A DNA stretch of 63,417 nt, counting the filler, from Lenisia limosa (taxonomy: Eukaryota > Protista > Breviatea), in assembly GCA_001655205.1 (NCBI GenBank). It is 14 parts of 14 records of this genome, joined end to end, with 100 filler letters (N's around TTAATTAATTAA, not from the genome) between each part and the next. Parts side by side here need not be neighbours in the genome. Positions count along the whole stretch, not along the records: positions 35,075 to 42,574 come from LPNZ01001220.1; positions 42,675 to 47,503 come from LPNZ01007471.1; positions 47,604 to 59,702 come from LPNZ01002828.1; 11 more parts are not named here. One strand, given 5' to 3'. A program made the position numbers and the translations under genes. The notes under the pieces are model-generated. The model did not search any database and was not told the origin of the DNA. It saw only the letters and a program-made list of their open reading frames with translations. The stretch's first letter is position 1; the number at the start of each line of letters is the position of its first letter. Of the stretch, positions 37,601 to 50,600 are shown piece by piece.

Positions 37601-39431
37601 ATCTACAAAAGCGCCTTCTTCAACGAGTTGAATAGTTTCGGTAGTGCACTTGTTTTAAAGCCAAAAAATGCTTCATATCTTGTAAGTCAAATGTAACGCC
37701 TTCGAGAATTTGAATTCCCACTTTATAAGACCTTGTGTTGATAACCACATTAACCCAGTTTGGAAGGAGTTCAGGGTAAAAGGCCTCATTTATTTTTCAG
37801 ATATTTGGTCAAAAGACATAGGACCCAGGTAGAATGCTTCTCGTATAGGTTTGGCCACTGTAAGTCACAGTTAGTGTATTGACGGCATCGTGAATGTTGT
37901 AAATGTAGTTAGGAAAGCAGGGTAGTTCACCCCCCCCCCCGGGGGATTCTTGAAAATCGGCTTCCTCCGAAGGAAATGTCAGAAATCGGTTCGGAAACGG
38001 GATGGATATGTTTTAAATACCGTATTAAATATATAAAGCGGGAGAGAGTCGAGCAAAAGTCCTTTTATTGAGGTTGGAAAAGTGGAAATTTTGCATTATT
38101 ACCTTCCTATGCTCCTTTAGTGAAATAGAGCTTTTCAATGAATTCTATGTTAATATTGGGAGGTTTTGGAGTAGTCCTCATCACCTTTTTTTCGACCAGA
38201 ATAGTGATAGAATGGCATAACTCAAAATTTCTTCCTTAACGTACCCCCCTTTTGTTCGGAATTCTCTTGCCCCTCTAACTATTGTTATGGTTGTTTTAAG
38301 TGCAGCTCATCGGAAAACAAGAATTTTTGCTCTGAGATTGTCAGAAAAAACATGGTTGGTACTTCCCTATCGTATTTTGTTGTTAGTTATCAACACTTAG
38401 GTCAGGCTCTTCTCACTCACGATTGTTTCCTTAGTGATCTTTTTTTTCAACCTCATCACACCGCAGGACTTCAATTTGAGGACCCGGTCCCCTTATGCTT
38501 TGATGAAGGTTTTTTAAGGCCAAGACTTCCCCAACTGCATTCTGTAGACCACGAAGGCAAGGGGGGGGGTCTAAACAACGCACATCAACAAATTATAAAA
38601 TCTCATAATTATATGATGATGTAGTAATTTTGTTGTACAACAGACTCGGCTTTCTTTATTAAATGATCAGTAAACTCAAAGTAGTGTTGAGAAATGTCCT
38701 TATGGAACTGTTTTTTGGAACCAAAGTATTTTATTAAAGTGAACAGTGCTAATTTGAAAGGTAGCAAACCCTTTATGCTCCTGGTCACTTGTTAACACAA
38801 GGTCATATTCCTGGAAGAAGCCCTTCCCGCAAACCTTGCTGCTTTCCCTCTTTCCTCTCCAGATCAACTGAGGCTTCATTATCGAGGTTGCCAATCTTCT
38901 TCTGCGACGGAAGTCTGTTGCTGCTGTTCTGCCAACAAGAAGTGGTCAATCGCTGATTCCTGTCATCGTTGCTTTTCAGGTTTGTTGTCTTTATTGTATG
39001 GGCATTGTTGCAGTGATCGGGATGGAGGGGGGTAGTTTTTTTCGGTCATTTTATTGGCTTTTCTGTTTCCCATACACTTAGGGTGTGTACTTCGTCTGCC
39101 TCCCTCTTGTCCCAACAGNNNNNNNNNNNNNNNNNNNNNNNNNNNNNNNNNNNNNNNNTAACCGCCAAGACCGACCTCAGCGACATCACCCTTAGTTTGC
39201 AACAAAGCTTCTGTTGTCGTTATTGACAATTTAGTCTTCTTCCCCTCAGAACAGACAAAGAAAACAATTCAAGCGAGCCAGCAAAGCCGTTTTTGCAGCA
39301 GTTCTGGTACTGGATGGAGCCCGCAGCTTTAGACCCCCCTCCCTGTCACAGGTTCGTAACTGTTTGAAACTTTTTGTTATCTATCTAAGGGTTTTATTTC
39401 TCTCTTTTGTCTATTGTTTCAAAAACAGTAT

Positions 39432-39523
39432 TTCTCAAACCCTCGTATGTTGTGTCAGCCAGCAGAGTTGATTTTGAGCTTTTTTGTTGTTTCATAAATT
39501 GCTCCATTTTACTCTCCCCCTAG
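39432..39523 (+). repeat. Intron-end repeat family A (~130 bp, ends ...TTTTGTTTCATAAATTTTCCAATTTTACTCCCCCCAG); type copy of about 15
   Basis: Other copies: 11818-11875(-), 11962-12006(-), 17171-17215, 17585-17671, 22928-23045, 23495-23560, 24155-24220, 24438-24518(-), 39765-39868, 43895-43998, 49188-49250(-), 53741-53797(-), 60592-60649, 61405-61447. Confidence 0.85.
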
Positions 39524-39975
39524 TGCACGGAAGGCACCGACGACTGCAGCCAGATTTGTACCAACACGGTCGGCTGGTTCATCTGCAGCTGCGACCCAGG
39601 CTACACTCCGCAGGCGACCGGTAGCAGTGCCTGTGTTGACGTCGATGAGTGTTCACAGGGAGGGCATTTAGACTCTGAATGTGGGTGGCCGGGCAAGGGT
39701 TATGTGGGTGGCTTAAAACTTATGTTAGCTTTATTATATGTTTTATGAATGTGTTAACTTATTTTGTTTGTCTTGTTGTTATCAACCCTTGTGTGTTGTC
39801 AGCTAAGAGAGTTGATTTTGGGCTTTTTTTGTTTCATAAATTTACCAAGTTTACTTCCCCCCTCCCAGCCGGCTTAATGATCAACCCTGGTCTTTGTGCG
39901 CACTACTGCAACAACACCCTAGGAAGCTACGAGTGTATTTGTCGCGACGGTTACTACGTCAATGCTCAGGCCTGT
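39524..39975 (+). CDS. Two calcium-binding EGF-like domains (exons of an extracellular protein)
   Basis: CTEGTDDCSQICTNTVGWFICSCDPGYTPQATGSSACVDVDEC and LCAHYCNNTLGSYECICRDGYYVNAQAC fit the cbEGF consensus CxNTxGSYxCxCxxGY. Confidence 0.85.
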
Positions 39976-42675
39976 AGTATGATGGACATAGTGATATTAT
40001 ATTTTTTATCATCCAGCCTTGTTTTTTTTTTCTCTCTCTTTGCTACATGTTTCTTCCCAAATTTAAAAAACAAAAATTGTAAAGCCATTGGCTGTAAGTG
40101 GAGGGAGGTATGAGTTAGCTTTTTTGTTGGTAAATATGATATGTTTAGGTTACTATTTTTTATTTTTATTGTATAATATGATGTCTCAGTGTGTTTCGCT
40201 CTGCAATGCATGAGCCGCTGAAGTTCTAGACGGACGACAAAATATGGCATTGTGACTTCACTTGGTCTTTGACAACTGGCTTGATGAGATATTTGGAACA
40301 AGGACGCCACAATTAAATGAAGTAGTCTCACCTCCAAGAACCAGCTTCATTCAATGTGACAACAAATCAGAATTATCCTCCAGCTCATCGGTTGTTCCTA
40401 TAAACTTCATTGTCTTGTTATTTTCGAAAGTAATTTCAGTCATAATCACAGGATTGAATGCAATTTTTACATATTCTTGACTCACACTCAAATTAAGTCA
40501 CTTGGCTACCCCTTTGCGGCTCTTAAACTGCCAAAAACAACCAAAACCGTTATAATCGGCCACATTCAAGTAATAAATGGCAACTATCCGAGAATGTTTG
40601 ACCTTGTAGAAAGCACTATTTTGAACATTTTTCTCTCAAAATTTACCATTACATTAGCCAAAGCAAGGGGGAATCCTTAACCAATTACTCCGAGGGGTTC
40701 AAATTTTTGTTTCTTAACACTAAAAGAGGGAAAAATTTAGAAAAAAAAACCCGTGAAAAGGCAAAAGGGACCACCCCCGGGAGACCACATTCACGGATTT
40801 TTGACACTTAAAAAAAAAAAAGTTAGAAAAATTATTTATTAGAGTTAACTAACCTTAGTCGCGCCCCTTTCGTCTTCTTCAAGATGGCAAGCCTCAAGTT
40901 CATCACCTTTGACCTTTTTTTACCACATGTATGGAAATAACCGATACCAGCAAACAGCTAATAATTCAGCCAACTGGGGACCCTTCCAATGATCTTACCC
41001 AGCCGCAACGGCGATATGTCTTGCAAGGTTGGTTGTTTCTTCTTACTGCTTATGTTTCTTTAGGTGAAGTTTTCGTTCTTTATTTGATTGCATCGGTGGG
41101 TGGAGAGGTCTTTTGTTCATTTTTGTTGAAGTTGCCTTATTAGACATGGTTACCCCTCTGTAGACAGAGAAATCGGAATGTATCCTGATGCTTGATGACT
41201 TGGTAACTCTCGGATCAAAACGTGGGACTTGGGTTGAGAAGATACAATGTGTTCCACTGGAAATATTATTTTTGAGTTCAATCGAAATCTACCAACATGA
41301 TTCCACCAACATTTTAGAATATTCAGAGTACATTATATCCGATTTAGCTACTTGATCTGGTTTACTATTTAATTTATGTTGATTAAATCATATATATATA
41401 TATATATATACTATATGGTATATGGTAGCTTAGATATTATTTAGAGCATGATGGCTGTCGCTACATAGCAACGACACATACACCGAGGATGTTCCAATAT
41501 CAGCAAGAGTCGTCACCAATTATCAAAGGTTGCAATGCGCGGAGTACTGAACGTATTAACTCTCCAGAGGACATTCCAGGAAGTGTCAATCAACATGCAT
41601 TTAGACTGAGTGAAAATAGTGTTGCTCACAGATTGGCAATTCCAATTTGTAAGTTGTTGCCATCCATTGATAAACATATCCAGCGCTACCACCGCATGAA
41701 TTGTCAACAGAAGGCCTATACCTTGAAGTCACCATTAAGCCTCCCCTGGACCACAGAATATATGACCCGCCGCGACGTTTGTCTTAACTTATCGTGCTAA
41801 CTTCATAGAGTTGGACCGATTGACACGATTGTGGTCCTTGGCAGTTGTGCCGCCGACAGCACAGGATGTCATCACAGTCGAGTCGCCATTGTCCGTCCTT
41901 GACCCCTTGGAGGTGTGTCCTGTCTGCTTGTTTTGACCCATTAGGTGATTTCCACCACTTCCATGGTGTGCAGTGAGTCAATTGTAACTGTGGCCTTAAG
42001 AAACACAATGCCTGATAGTCCGGTTTACATTACATCAGTTACACTCCAAGCTGATGTTATTGACTCGCCACTTTGGCTCTCTGGTGAAAACACGGTTTGT
42101 CTCCCATCCTCTATTATTAGAGCATCAAACGTTTTGGTTACTATCATATTATACCCAGTTTGTACCAATTGGGTGGTTTTATCTAAGGCCGTTTGTCTCT
42201 AAATCTAGAAGCCTTTAAAGCAGGTCATAGTTTGAGAATTGTCCGATATCCGAAAACAAACTTACGGTGACATCATATTTTTACTACTTTTTACGAGAAT
42301 TTTACTCAATTTTGGTCATTATGAAAATCATAATTGTTGTTCTCTTATCTCAATAATAATTACTTTTAATGCACTAAATCAAAAACACACAAGTTACGCT
42401 CCTTTACGGTTCCTTTTGTCCTTCGACTGAGACAGGTTTTGGAACTATAACCTACTTTAAATATGTTTTCACTTCAACTTAAATTGCAAGTCTGCGACTG
42501 CTTCTCACTCTTTAAGGGCAATGGGGCGCAAGAGAGCTCCTCTTTATTTCGAAGCAGATCTGAAAGGCTTGATTNNNNNNNNNNNNNNNNNNNNNNNNNN
42601 NNNNNNNNNNNNNNNNNNTTAATTAATTAANNNNNNNNNNNNNNNNNNNNNNNNNNNNNNNNNNNNNNNNNNNNT

Positions 42676-44367
42676 GAGACTGTGTTACTCGGTCAACTTC
42701 TTATGAAATTCGCCGATATCTCTAACTCCGCAAAAGTGAGTCATTCTGGTACACTTGTCTATCTTTGTTCTACCCTCTGGAATATTCAATGCTGTGATGC
42801 TTTCGGGACATTTAAATAATATTTTGCTTGGTTTATTGCTGGGGAGGCACACAGAAAGCTGTGTACACAGAGTTGTAAGGCAAATGATTGGGTGAATTAA
42901 TAGGAGACAATTATCTAATATCTCTTAGAAGCGTGATGGTGTTGACGGCTTTTGCCAGATACAACCTTATTTTTTATTTCTCACAGCTATATTTATCTTA
43001 GTGGTACTTCTCTATGCCTCGCCAACTAGATACAACCTTGTTTTGTTTCTCATCTCTATGTAGTAATTAAATAATTTACATTATAAATGATTCTATAGCC
43101 CTTCCCTGTTGCCCGTATTTGGTCCTCAAGGTTGCTCAAGGAATTTTTCAGACAGGTAAGAAATGGTGGGGATTGCAAACAAACACTTACAAACCGTACT
43201 GGACAATAGAGTAGTCTTGGTTACATTGTAATAAGATATCTGATTGTTTTAACTCCCCATTGACAATCAAGGGTGATTTGGAGCGACGCCTTGGTCTTGG
43301 AGTTAGTCCACTTGGCGATAGGGAAAAGGTATTCATGCTAAAAAGTACCGGTAATATGGCTTCAATTTTCATTTCCTATTTCACATCAACTCTGTGTCTC
43401 GCCATCTGTTTTTTTTATTATTCATATTATACATTTCTGTTGCGTATTTCCATTCTTCACCCTCCCCCTTTCCCCAGGTAAACCATCCAATTTCACAGAT
43501 TGGATTTGCGCATTTCGTTGTCGAGCCCCTCCTCGAGGCCATGTGTGAATCTGGTTTCTTTGCTGGTCTCGAGCCGTGGCTGGTGCAGGTATGCGATTCC
43601 TCTAGCTAATAACTAATTAGCCAGTTTTTTTAATGACACCCCTCTTCCCTTCCCCTATGATGTAGATCCAAAATACAACCACTTTTTCACTATTTTAGGT
43701 CCGTTCCAACCGGCTGGCATGGGAGGCGATTAAGGATTATGAGTCCAATAAAACTGATGTGTATTCTATAATGGTAAGTTCAGTGAGGGAATATTTGCTG
43801 TGTTCATTTACGCCCCACCACCCAGAAAATGCATATTTATACGTTTACATCAGTTAGACTAATAGAATTTTCATATTATTGATGTTCATTTCACCTTGGT
43901 TTGTTTTGTTGTTATCAATCCTTGTGTATTGTCAGCTAATAGAGTTGATTTGGGCCTTTTTTGTTTATAAATTTCCAATTTTTCACCCCGCCTCCCAGCC
44001 TCCACCCCCGTCCTACCTCATTTCAAATTCGGGAGTCCCGGACACTTTCGCTGAACTTATCAACGCCATCGAGTCAGCACACCACACCCCAAGTAACTCC
44101 TCTCCCCTCCTGCCCACCCCCAAAACACCCATTACTCCGAACCTTCGNNNNNNNNNNNNNNNNNNNNNNNNNNNNNNNNNNNNNNNNNNNNNNNNNNNNN
44201 NNNNNCGGAATTCCTCAACTACTTTTTATTATTATTATTATTGAAAGTTATTTGGAGATGGACACATTTTTGAATCAATTGGGACAGTTGATTGGACTCT
44301 TTTTTAAAAAATGAAGACGACTGGTGGTCCAATTTGTTTACAGGATGTTGTCACTCCTATCAACTGA
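42676..44367 (+). CDS. Class I 3',5'-cyclic nucleotide phosphodiesterase, C-terminal part of the catalytic domain plus tail
   Basis: Spliced LLMKFADISNSAK/PFPVARIWSSRLLKEFFRQ/GDLERRLGLGVSPLGDREK/VNHPISQIGFAHFVVEPLL shows the PDEase_I ADISN, EFF.QGD.E and SQ+GF motifs. The 3' end is uncertain and may extend to ~44747. Confidence 0.9.
42843..42983 (+). repeat. Dispersed intronic repeat family C (~140 bp; GTAAGGCAAATGATTGGGTGAATTAA...GACGGCTTTGGCCAGATACAACC)
   Basis: Near-full copies at 47254-47395 and 59895-60015. Fragments at ~20724, ~52655(-) and ~62290. Confidence 0.82.
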
Positions 44368-45599
44368 GCTATACTGAGTTACCATATTCTTCAGGATCCT
44401 CCGCCTCCCCTTCGAACACCTCGTAGAGTCTCTTTCGATGCTTCAAAGGTGGGCTTTTTTTTTTTGCGATTTACGCTAGCTCTAGCAACCCCATACCTCC
44501 AATAGGGTTGTTTTATCACGTGAGCTCATCATCATTCCCATCNNNNNNNNNNNNNNNNNNNNNNNNNNNNNNNNNNNNNNNNNNNNNNNNNNNNNNNNNN
44601 NNNNNNNNNNNNNNNNNNNNNNNNNNNNNNNNNNNNNNNNNNNNNNNNTCGGAAGGCTCGGTCACGTCGGAAGCTGATGAGCCGCTTCCGCCCCCCGATG
44701 ACAAGGCCCCTTCGCCCCCTACTGATGTTTGTGGGGTTCTAGAGTGAAAGTTTAAAGATGTTCCAATATAATTACCTTTTCACCGTTTTAGTTAAAGGAG
44801 GAGTCCTGACCTGGGTGTATATTGTTCTATGAAATGTTAGGCCTAGATAGTATCTGTTATCTTGTTAGTTTCGGGCACGAGAGGTACCCTCTTTTTATAT
44901 TGATGTATTGTAATCAAATATAGACTTCGTGTTTTCAATCAAGGAATCTGTCATAAATAGATATATCAGATTTACTATACGTAAGTTATATTATTCAGTG
45001 TGACCGTTATTATACCGACATTGACAGATACTTGAACAGCTGGACAGTCGGTAAGCCGGTAGACAAAATTTTTACAAAATTTCAGAAACCAGCTGAAAAC
45101 CCTTCAACTAGAAAACTAGCTGGCGCTGACCAGAGGTTGAAAGTGGTGGCTGAAACGCTCAAAGGCTGTTGCCAAGCTGACCAGCTGACCTGTTCTGGTC
45201 AACTGGTCTTTCGGTAATTCCTGTATCCGGGTCTTCCCAGGTCCTTCCAGCCAAGTTCAATTTACTCCTTTTTGTTTTTTGTTTGAGTGAAAAACAGGGA
45301 GCCTTCACTCATGAAAATGTGAAAATGAATTTCGGAGAGTTGTCGGAGAGTGGTAGTGGATGAAACTCTGGTGGTTTTTTTTTGGGTTTTTACACCCCCA
45401 GAATTTGAAGTACTTAAGTTTCAAAACCAACACAAATTCCCAGGGAGACCCGGGTCTAATGAAATGAGAAGGGACTAATTCTCCGAGAATATACCCGCCG
45501 GCGTCCAGGGAAAACACAAACACACAAACAACATAAAGGAAACCACTGTAATAGAAATAGATACGTAATTAATAATTAAAAAAATACAATGTACCTATA

Positions 45600-46564
45600 C
45601 GAAGACAAGAAGCCACCACAAGTGAACCTCACAGACTTTTTATCAGAAGAGAACAACTTAGAAATAAGTGAGCTCCTCGTCTCTGTACTTCGCTAAGCGG
45701 CATTCTTTCTCACAACTGTAGTTGAAATCCACCGACACGACCCACTAGTCGGGCTCCCTCGATCAAAAGTCAAGGAGTTTTTCTTGAACTGCGCAATGTT
45801 CTCAATCATGAGCGAGGCGGTCATTGATGTGGGCGGTGGTTGGAGGCTGTATTGAAATACAGTTAGTTTGTTGATTTGCCTGTTCTAAGAATGTGTTTCG
45901 AATTAACCATCGAGTATATCCCTGATATAGGGTGTTCTACTCTTGTCCGTTACTTTATCCTTCACTATTATTTGGGCTTCAGTGAAGATAGCACAAATCA
46001 TGTTCTTCATTTTTTCATTGATATTATTTGTTGGGTTTATGTTAAGAAACAGTCAATGAACAAAAAGGTTGCGATTTGCATAGTGGGAGTGCTGGGAGGG
46101 GGGCGAAATGGCAGCTTTTTTTTCTTTTTCCTTTGTCTTGATTGTTCTTTTTCTTTTCTTTTTTCGAAATAATTTACGTTTTTAATTATTTGGGTTTCAA
46201 TAAGAAATTATTGCAAGAGAGATACCATTGGGGGGAGGGGGTTATTATCACTGAGGTGTCAGAACTGCACAATTAGCAAAACAAGATACTTTTTAAGGAA
46301 CAGAATGCGTTTTCCCTCATGCTTATTCTTAAATACATATAGTATACCTTCCAATGATATTTATTTGGACACTTCTGCAAATATGACCAGTACAGTGTGA
46401 GTTTCCGGATTTGAAGGCCAAGCTCATGAACGACCTCGACATTTACAAAGAAAAGGCGGAGAGCATTGCAGCAAGCCAGGGCAAGACCGTGGAGGTTGGG
46501 GGTGAAGAGGAATTCTTGTCTGTTATAGCGGCAGAACCAATGGGATGAAGTCACGGGAAACTGA
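45600..46564 (+). CDS. Unidentified multi-exon gene (3' part)
   Basis: Exons VEIHRHDPLVGLPRSKVKEFFLNCAMFSIMSEAVID, CEFPDLKAKLMNDLDIYKEKAESIAASQGKTVE and RQNQWDEVTGN*, with GT-AG borders. Confidence 0.45.
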
Positions 46565-47689
46565 ATAATGCTGCTTCAAAACACATTTGGGGATTGCATG
46601 ATTCTTTTCTCATGAATGTAAGCACTTACTATTCCTGGTCACAGGATATTGTAGGTGTTATGATAGGGTATCTATTCTGAGATTAAAATAACGATTCTGA
46701 CTGGCTGACGGTCTGAGGATCTGACTATTTAGGAGTTCTTGGCGGCAAGGGGGATGTCGTCCTACTTTAGGGAGTTACATGACCCAGATAATGAACAAGT
46801 GGAAGGAACATTCAAAGGTCTGAGGATGATGGATAAATATTTTGCAATTGTTGCGAAATGAAAGCAAGGTAAACTATTGGGTTTACTCTATTCACTGAAG
46901 GACATCGTCATTGTTGAACTTACATCACAGAATTCCTTGCCTACGGTGCACATTTCCAACAAACCATCCACTTGGCAGAATCGATCATCGGTCACGCTCG
47001 GTCGGAGAACCACAAATACATCCCCTTCATCATGGTGGTCTTATTTGTTTGTGGTGTTTGCTGGGTCAATGTTTTGCCGGAAATAAGGATAGTTTACCAG
47101 TCTTTTGGACCAGGCAGCTCTGCTCAAATGCTTTGTTATCATATTCTGGCACCTCCTGAATCTGTGGCATAAGACGGATTTAGGAGGGCCTACCTGGGTT
47201 ATAATGCAGGGGCTATTGTCCTTATTCATGAATATAATCCTTGAAGGTATGCTGGGAGGCACGCAGAAAGCTGTGTGTACAGAGTTGTAAGGCAAATGAT
47301 TGGGTAAATTAATATTATAATCTATCCAATATCTCTTATAAGTGTGATGGTGTTGACGGCTTTGGCCAGATACAACCTTTTTTATATATCTCATTTCTAT
47401 ATAAAAAAAATGTGTGTGTATCAATATGCAGGTAAAAACAGTATATTGAAAGGTTTGGCGAGATAATCTATCCATATCGATATGTATCACTCAAGGTCCC
47501 TGANNNNNNNNNNNNNNNNNNNNNNNNNNNNNNNNNNNNNNNNNNNNTTAATTAATTAANNNNNNNNNNNNNNNNNNNNNNNNNNNNNNNNNNNNNNNNN
47601 NNNTGGTGATCAACAAGTCTAGGTTGACTGAAAGAGAACACAACTTCATTTCTTGATTAACATAATACCTACTACAATACAATTACACA

Positions 47690-50600
47690 TTAACTTACAC
47701 CCGGAACAATTACCTGAAGTGTGAGAGAAATATCAATTCACAAAACAAGCCATCATAAAGACGCAAACGCACTTGTTCGGCCTGATTGACGACCCTTGGA
47801 GCTCAGTATCAAGACGCTGCTTCAAGGCCCTCAGCTCATGCTCCAGATTCTCAGAGGCAACTACAACATCAGATGATGAGTCCCCCCGAAGAAGTGATAT
47901 GTTTCCTGACAAAGCCCCATCTCGCAGCTCACACGATGCTGTGAAAGGTTGAGTGGCTGAAGGGGTGTGGCGGACGGGTCGGTGCGGGTCTCTGTCCCGA
48001 GTGCTACTGGGGTATCAGTAGGGCTTCACTTCGGTTCGAAAAAAGACTGAATTTCTCGATAAATCCTCGAAAACTATCGAAAAAGAACGTCAAAATATCG
48101 ATGTTTTTCGAGAATTTATTGAGAAATTCAGTCTTTTACATGCAATGATCATTTCATACCCACAAGGCCCTCGTATGTAATGATCATTTCATACCCACAA
48201 GGCCCTCGTATGTAATGATCATCTCATAACCACAAGGCCAACTTTCGTGAAGGATGGGCACTCAGGGCGGATTTGGCCAATGGGCCGTTGTCTGTGTCAG
48301 GATTCTAAGCTGTCAGACAATGTACTACATAGAGTTGGGTACATTGAGGCTTGCTACAACAAAATCGTCAGTTCATTTCTAATCGAGCCCTAATCCCTAC
48401 CGCTGTATTTGTTCGTCTCAAAGACGCAGCTGTCTTGCGAAGCGTTTCGGAAACACCAGCGGCGGCGGTTGGCTTCTGGATGGTAAAGACATGCAAGGAA
48501 ACTTTGAAGATGAATATACAATTCATCCGAAAACTGAAAACAGTTAATATAATAAAAAAAAACAGAGTTCAAGCGCACAATTCAAAGAAAATAACCCAAG
48601 TCAACCTATATTCATTCCACAAAAATATACTATGATATTTGTAACAAATCATAATAAAAATAGCGTAACACTATCCTCACTTTACGTTGGGGGGTGAGTG
48701 GAGCAATGGCGGCGGCAGATGAACGAGTAGCCTATTGCGGTTATTCCCAACACAAGAAGAGAAGAAAGTGGGCAAGAATGCTACGTATCGGCAAAGTACC
48801 AGAGCCAGGTACGTACCTGGGGCTGCTTTGTTGAGGCACGAGGGGAGAAGACCCGGGTTCTCTGACGTTCCTCCTGGGGGGAAGGCTGGGAAGTCACGTG
48901 ACAGCATGGTGAATTATGAGGAGTATACGTATGTTAGAAAATAACCCTGACGACTCACGCTTCTTCTCGATAGCGTTAACAGTGAGTTGGCATGCTCGAT
49001 GCGGGACCTTGCATTTCTCTCGTCACTCATGTCCCTTTCCATTCTTTGGAGCNNNNNNNNNNNNNNNNNNNNNNNNNNNNNNNNNNNNNNNNNNNNNNNN
49101 NNNNNNNNNNNNNNNNNNNNNNNNNNNNNNNNNNNNNNNNNNNNNNNNNNNNNNNNNNNNNNNNNNNNNNNNNNNNNNNNNNNNNNACACTAGGGTTCAA
49201 AACAATAAAATAAACTAAGCCCAGGCCTCTATAGCACCGCGTCCAATCAGCCCACCAGCGTAAGGCCACAGTCTCCACCCACCATTAAGCCTGGTGGAGT
49301 TCAGTTCAGCCCGGGACAGGTTTTCCTCCTGTTGTCTGGCCATGTCTATAGACTGGTGTAGTCTTCTGGGGAGGGGGGTAAGAAGAAAGTCTTGATATAA
49401 TACGGTGAAGTGACCAATATGATGGAGCCAATAATCTGAAAGGCAAAAGTGGCAATAATACAAAACGTACTGGTCCAAGTCCTGATTAGCGGCCTGCATG
49501 GCACGGCATGTGGCTTCAGTGTCGTGCAGCTTTGTCTCTAAGTCACGCTTCTCTGCATCAAAATTCCGGCGGATTTCGGTTAGAATCCGGAGTTCGTCTT
49601 CAAGCCGCCGCACCTGAGGGTTGGTAACTCAGTCTGGCGACCAAGATTATGTCCCAGTTTGGCGTTGGCCTTCATTTTTGATTTTTCATAATTACGTAAA
49701 TTGATATCTTATATGATATATATTTCTTAGTAATTCAGAAAACCACCAACTCAAAATAAATATCTTTAACTACCTCTGCAAAGCACCGGTGGGGTGATGA
49801 GTCTTCATTACCCACCTTGGTGTTGTTGTTGATTCTGTCAGTTTGCGATGCCAATGCGGTCTGAGCCTCTTCACGGCTCTGTCGTTCTTGCTGCAGATTG
49901 TTCTGACAGGTGTGATCATCATGTTGAAAGAATCTAAAAGGCTGGATCTCTATGATCCTAGTTTCAAAAGAGACTTTACTGCAATAAAAGGCGCCACGCA
50001 CCTGCAATCCGGCCACTTGTGACGATGTAGTCTTGCGAACCTCGCGAAGTTCCAACTCCAGTCGTCTGATTCATAAATCGCAATATTCAAGGAGCTTAGC
50101 ATGCCCCCGTTTGATGAAAATAGTAGTACCTTACTTATCCAGCACATCAGCTCGCATATAGGCAAGAACAGTGCTCACCTATTTGCCACTTCAAGTTCAC
50201 TTTTCTGTGCGGCCTCAACATGACGCTCGGCTGACACCTTGTTCAGTGACTCCTCGTACATCTTCGGTGTTAGATTGCTGTTATATGGCTGCTTTGGTTC
50301 TGTGCTAGACTCCTTTACCTTGGTTTTGGCACGCAAATCCCCAATAGTAGTTTCAACCTCCAGGTCCTGAAGAATGAAAGATACTATGAACATTTGCCAA
50401 TTAAACTCAAATAAAGCACCAACTCTTTGTTGCGCAAATTCTTCAAGACGACCAACTTCCGACTTTGTAGACTCCAAATCCGTCTGGGTTTCCTAATACA
50501 GTAAGCTTAGTAATGTGATTCCTAGAAATATTATGCAACAAGCAGTAACAGATAAAACGTCAAGACTCTTCCTCAGTTGAGACAACAGAGAAGTATCAAT

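Noticed and set aside
38860-39240. Possible minus-strand exons upstream of the EGF exons
   Set aside because: Reading frame is ambiguous, the region is interrupted by an N gap, and there are no motifs.
41480-42200. Intronless minus-strand ORF remnants resembling a DUF11/DUF7507-like secreted protein
   Set aside because: Multiple stops and only vague motif similarity, so a call is not supportable.
42843-42983. snRNA/tRNA identity for repeat family C
   Set aside because: No match to recalled U1/U2/U4/U5/U6 or tRNA consensus features, and no cloverleaf or A/B boxes seen.
46880-47250. Coding-looking segments on both strands (YITEFLAYGAHFQQTIHLAES... / DEGDVFVVLRPSV...)
   Set aside because: Strand and frame could not be resolved and no family was recognised.
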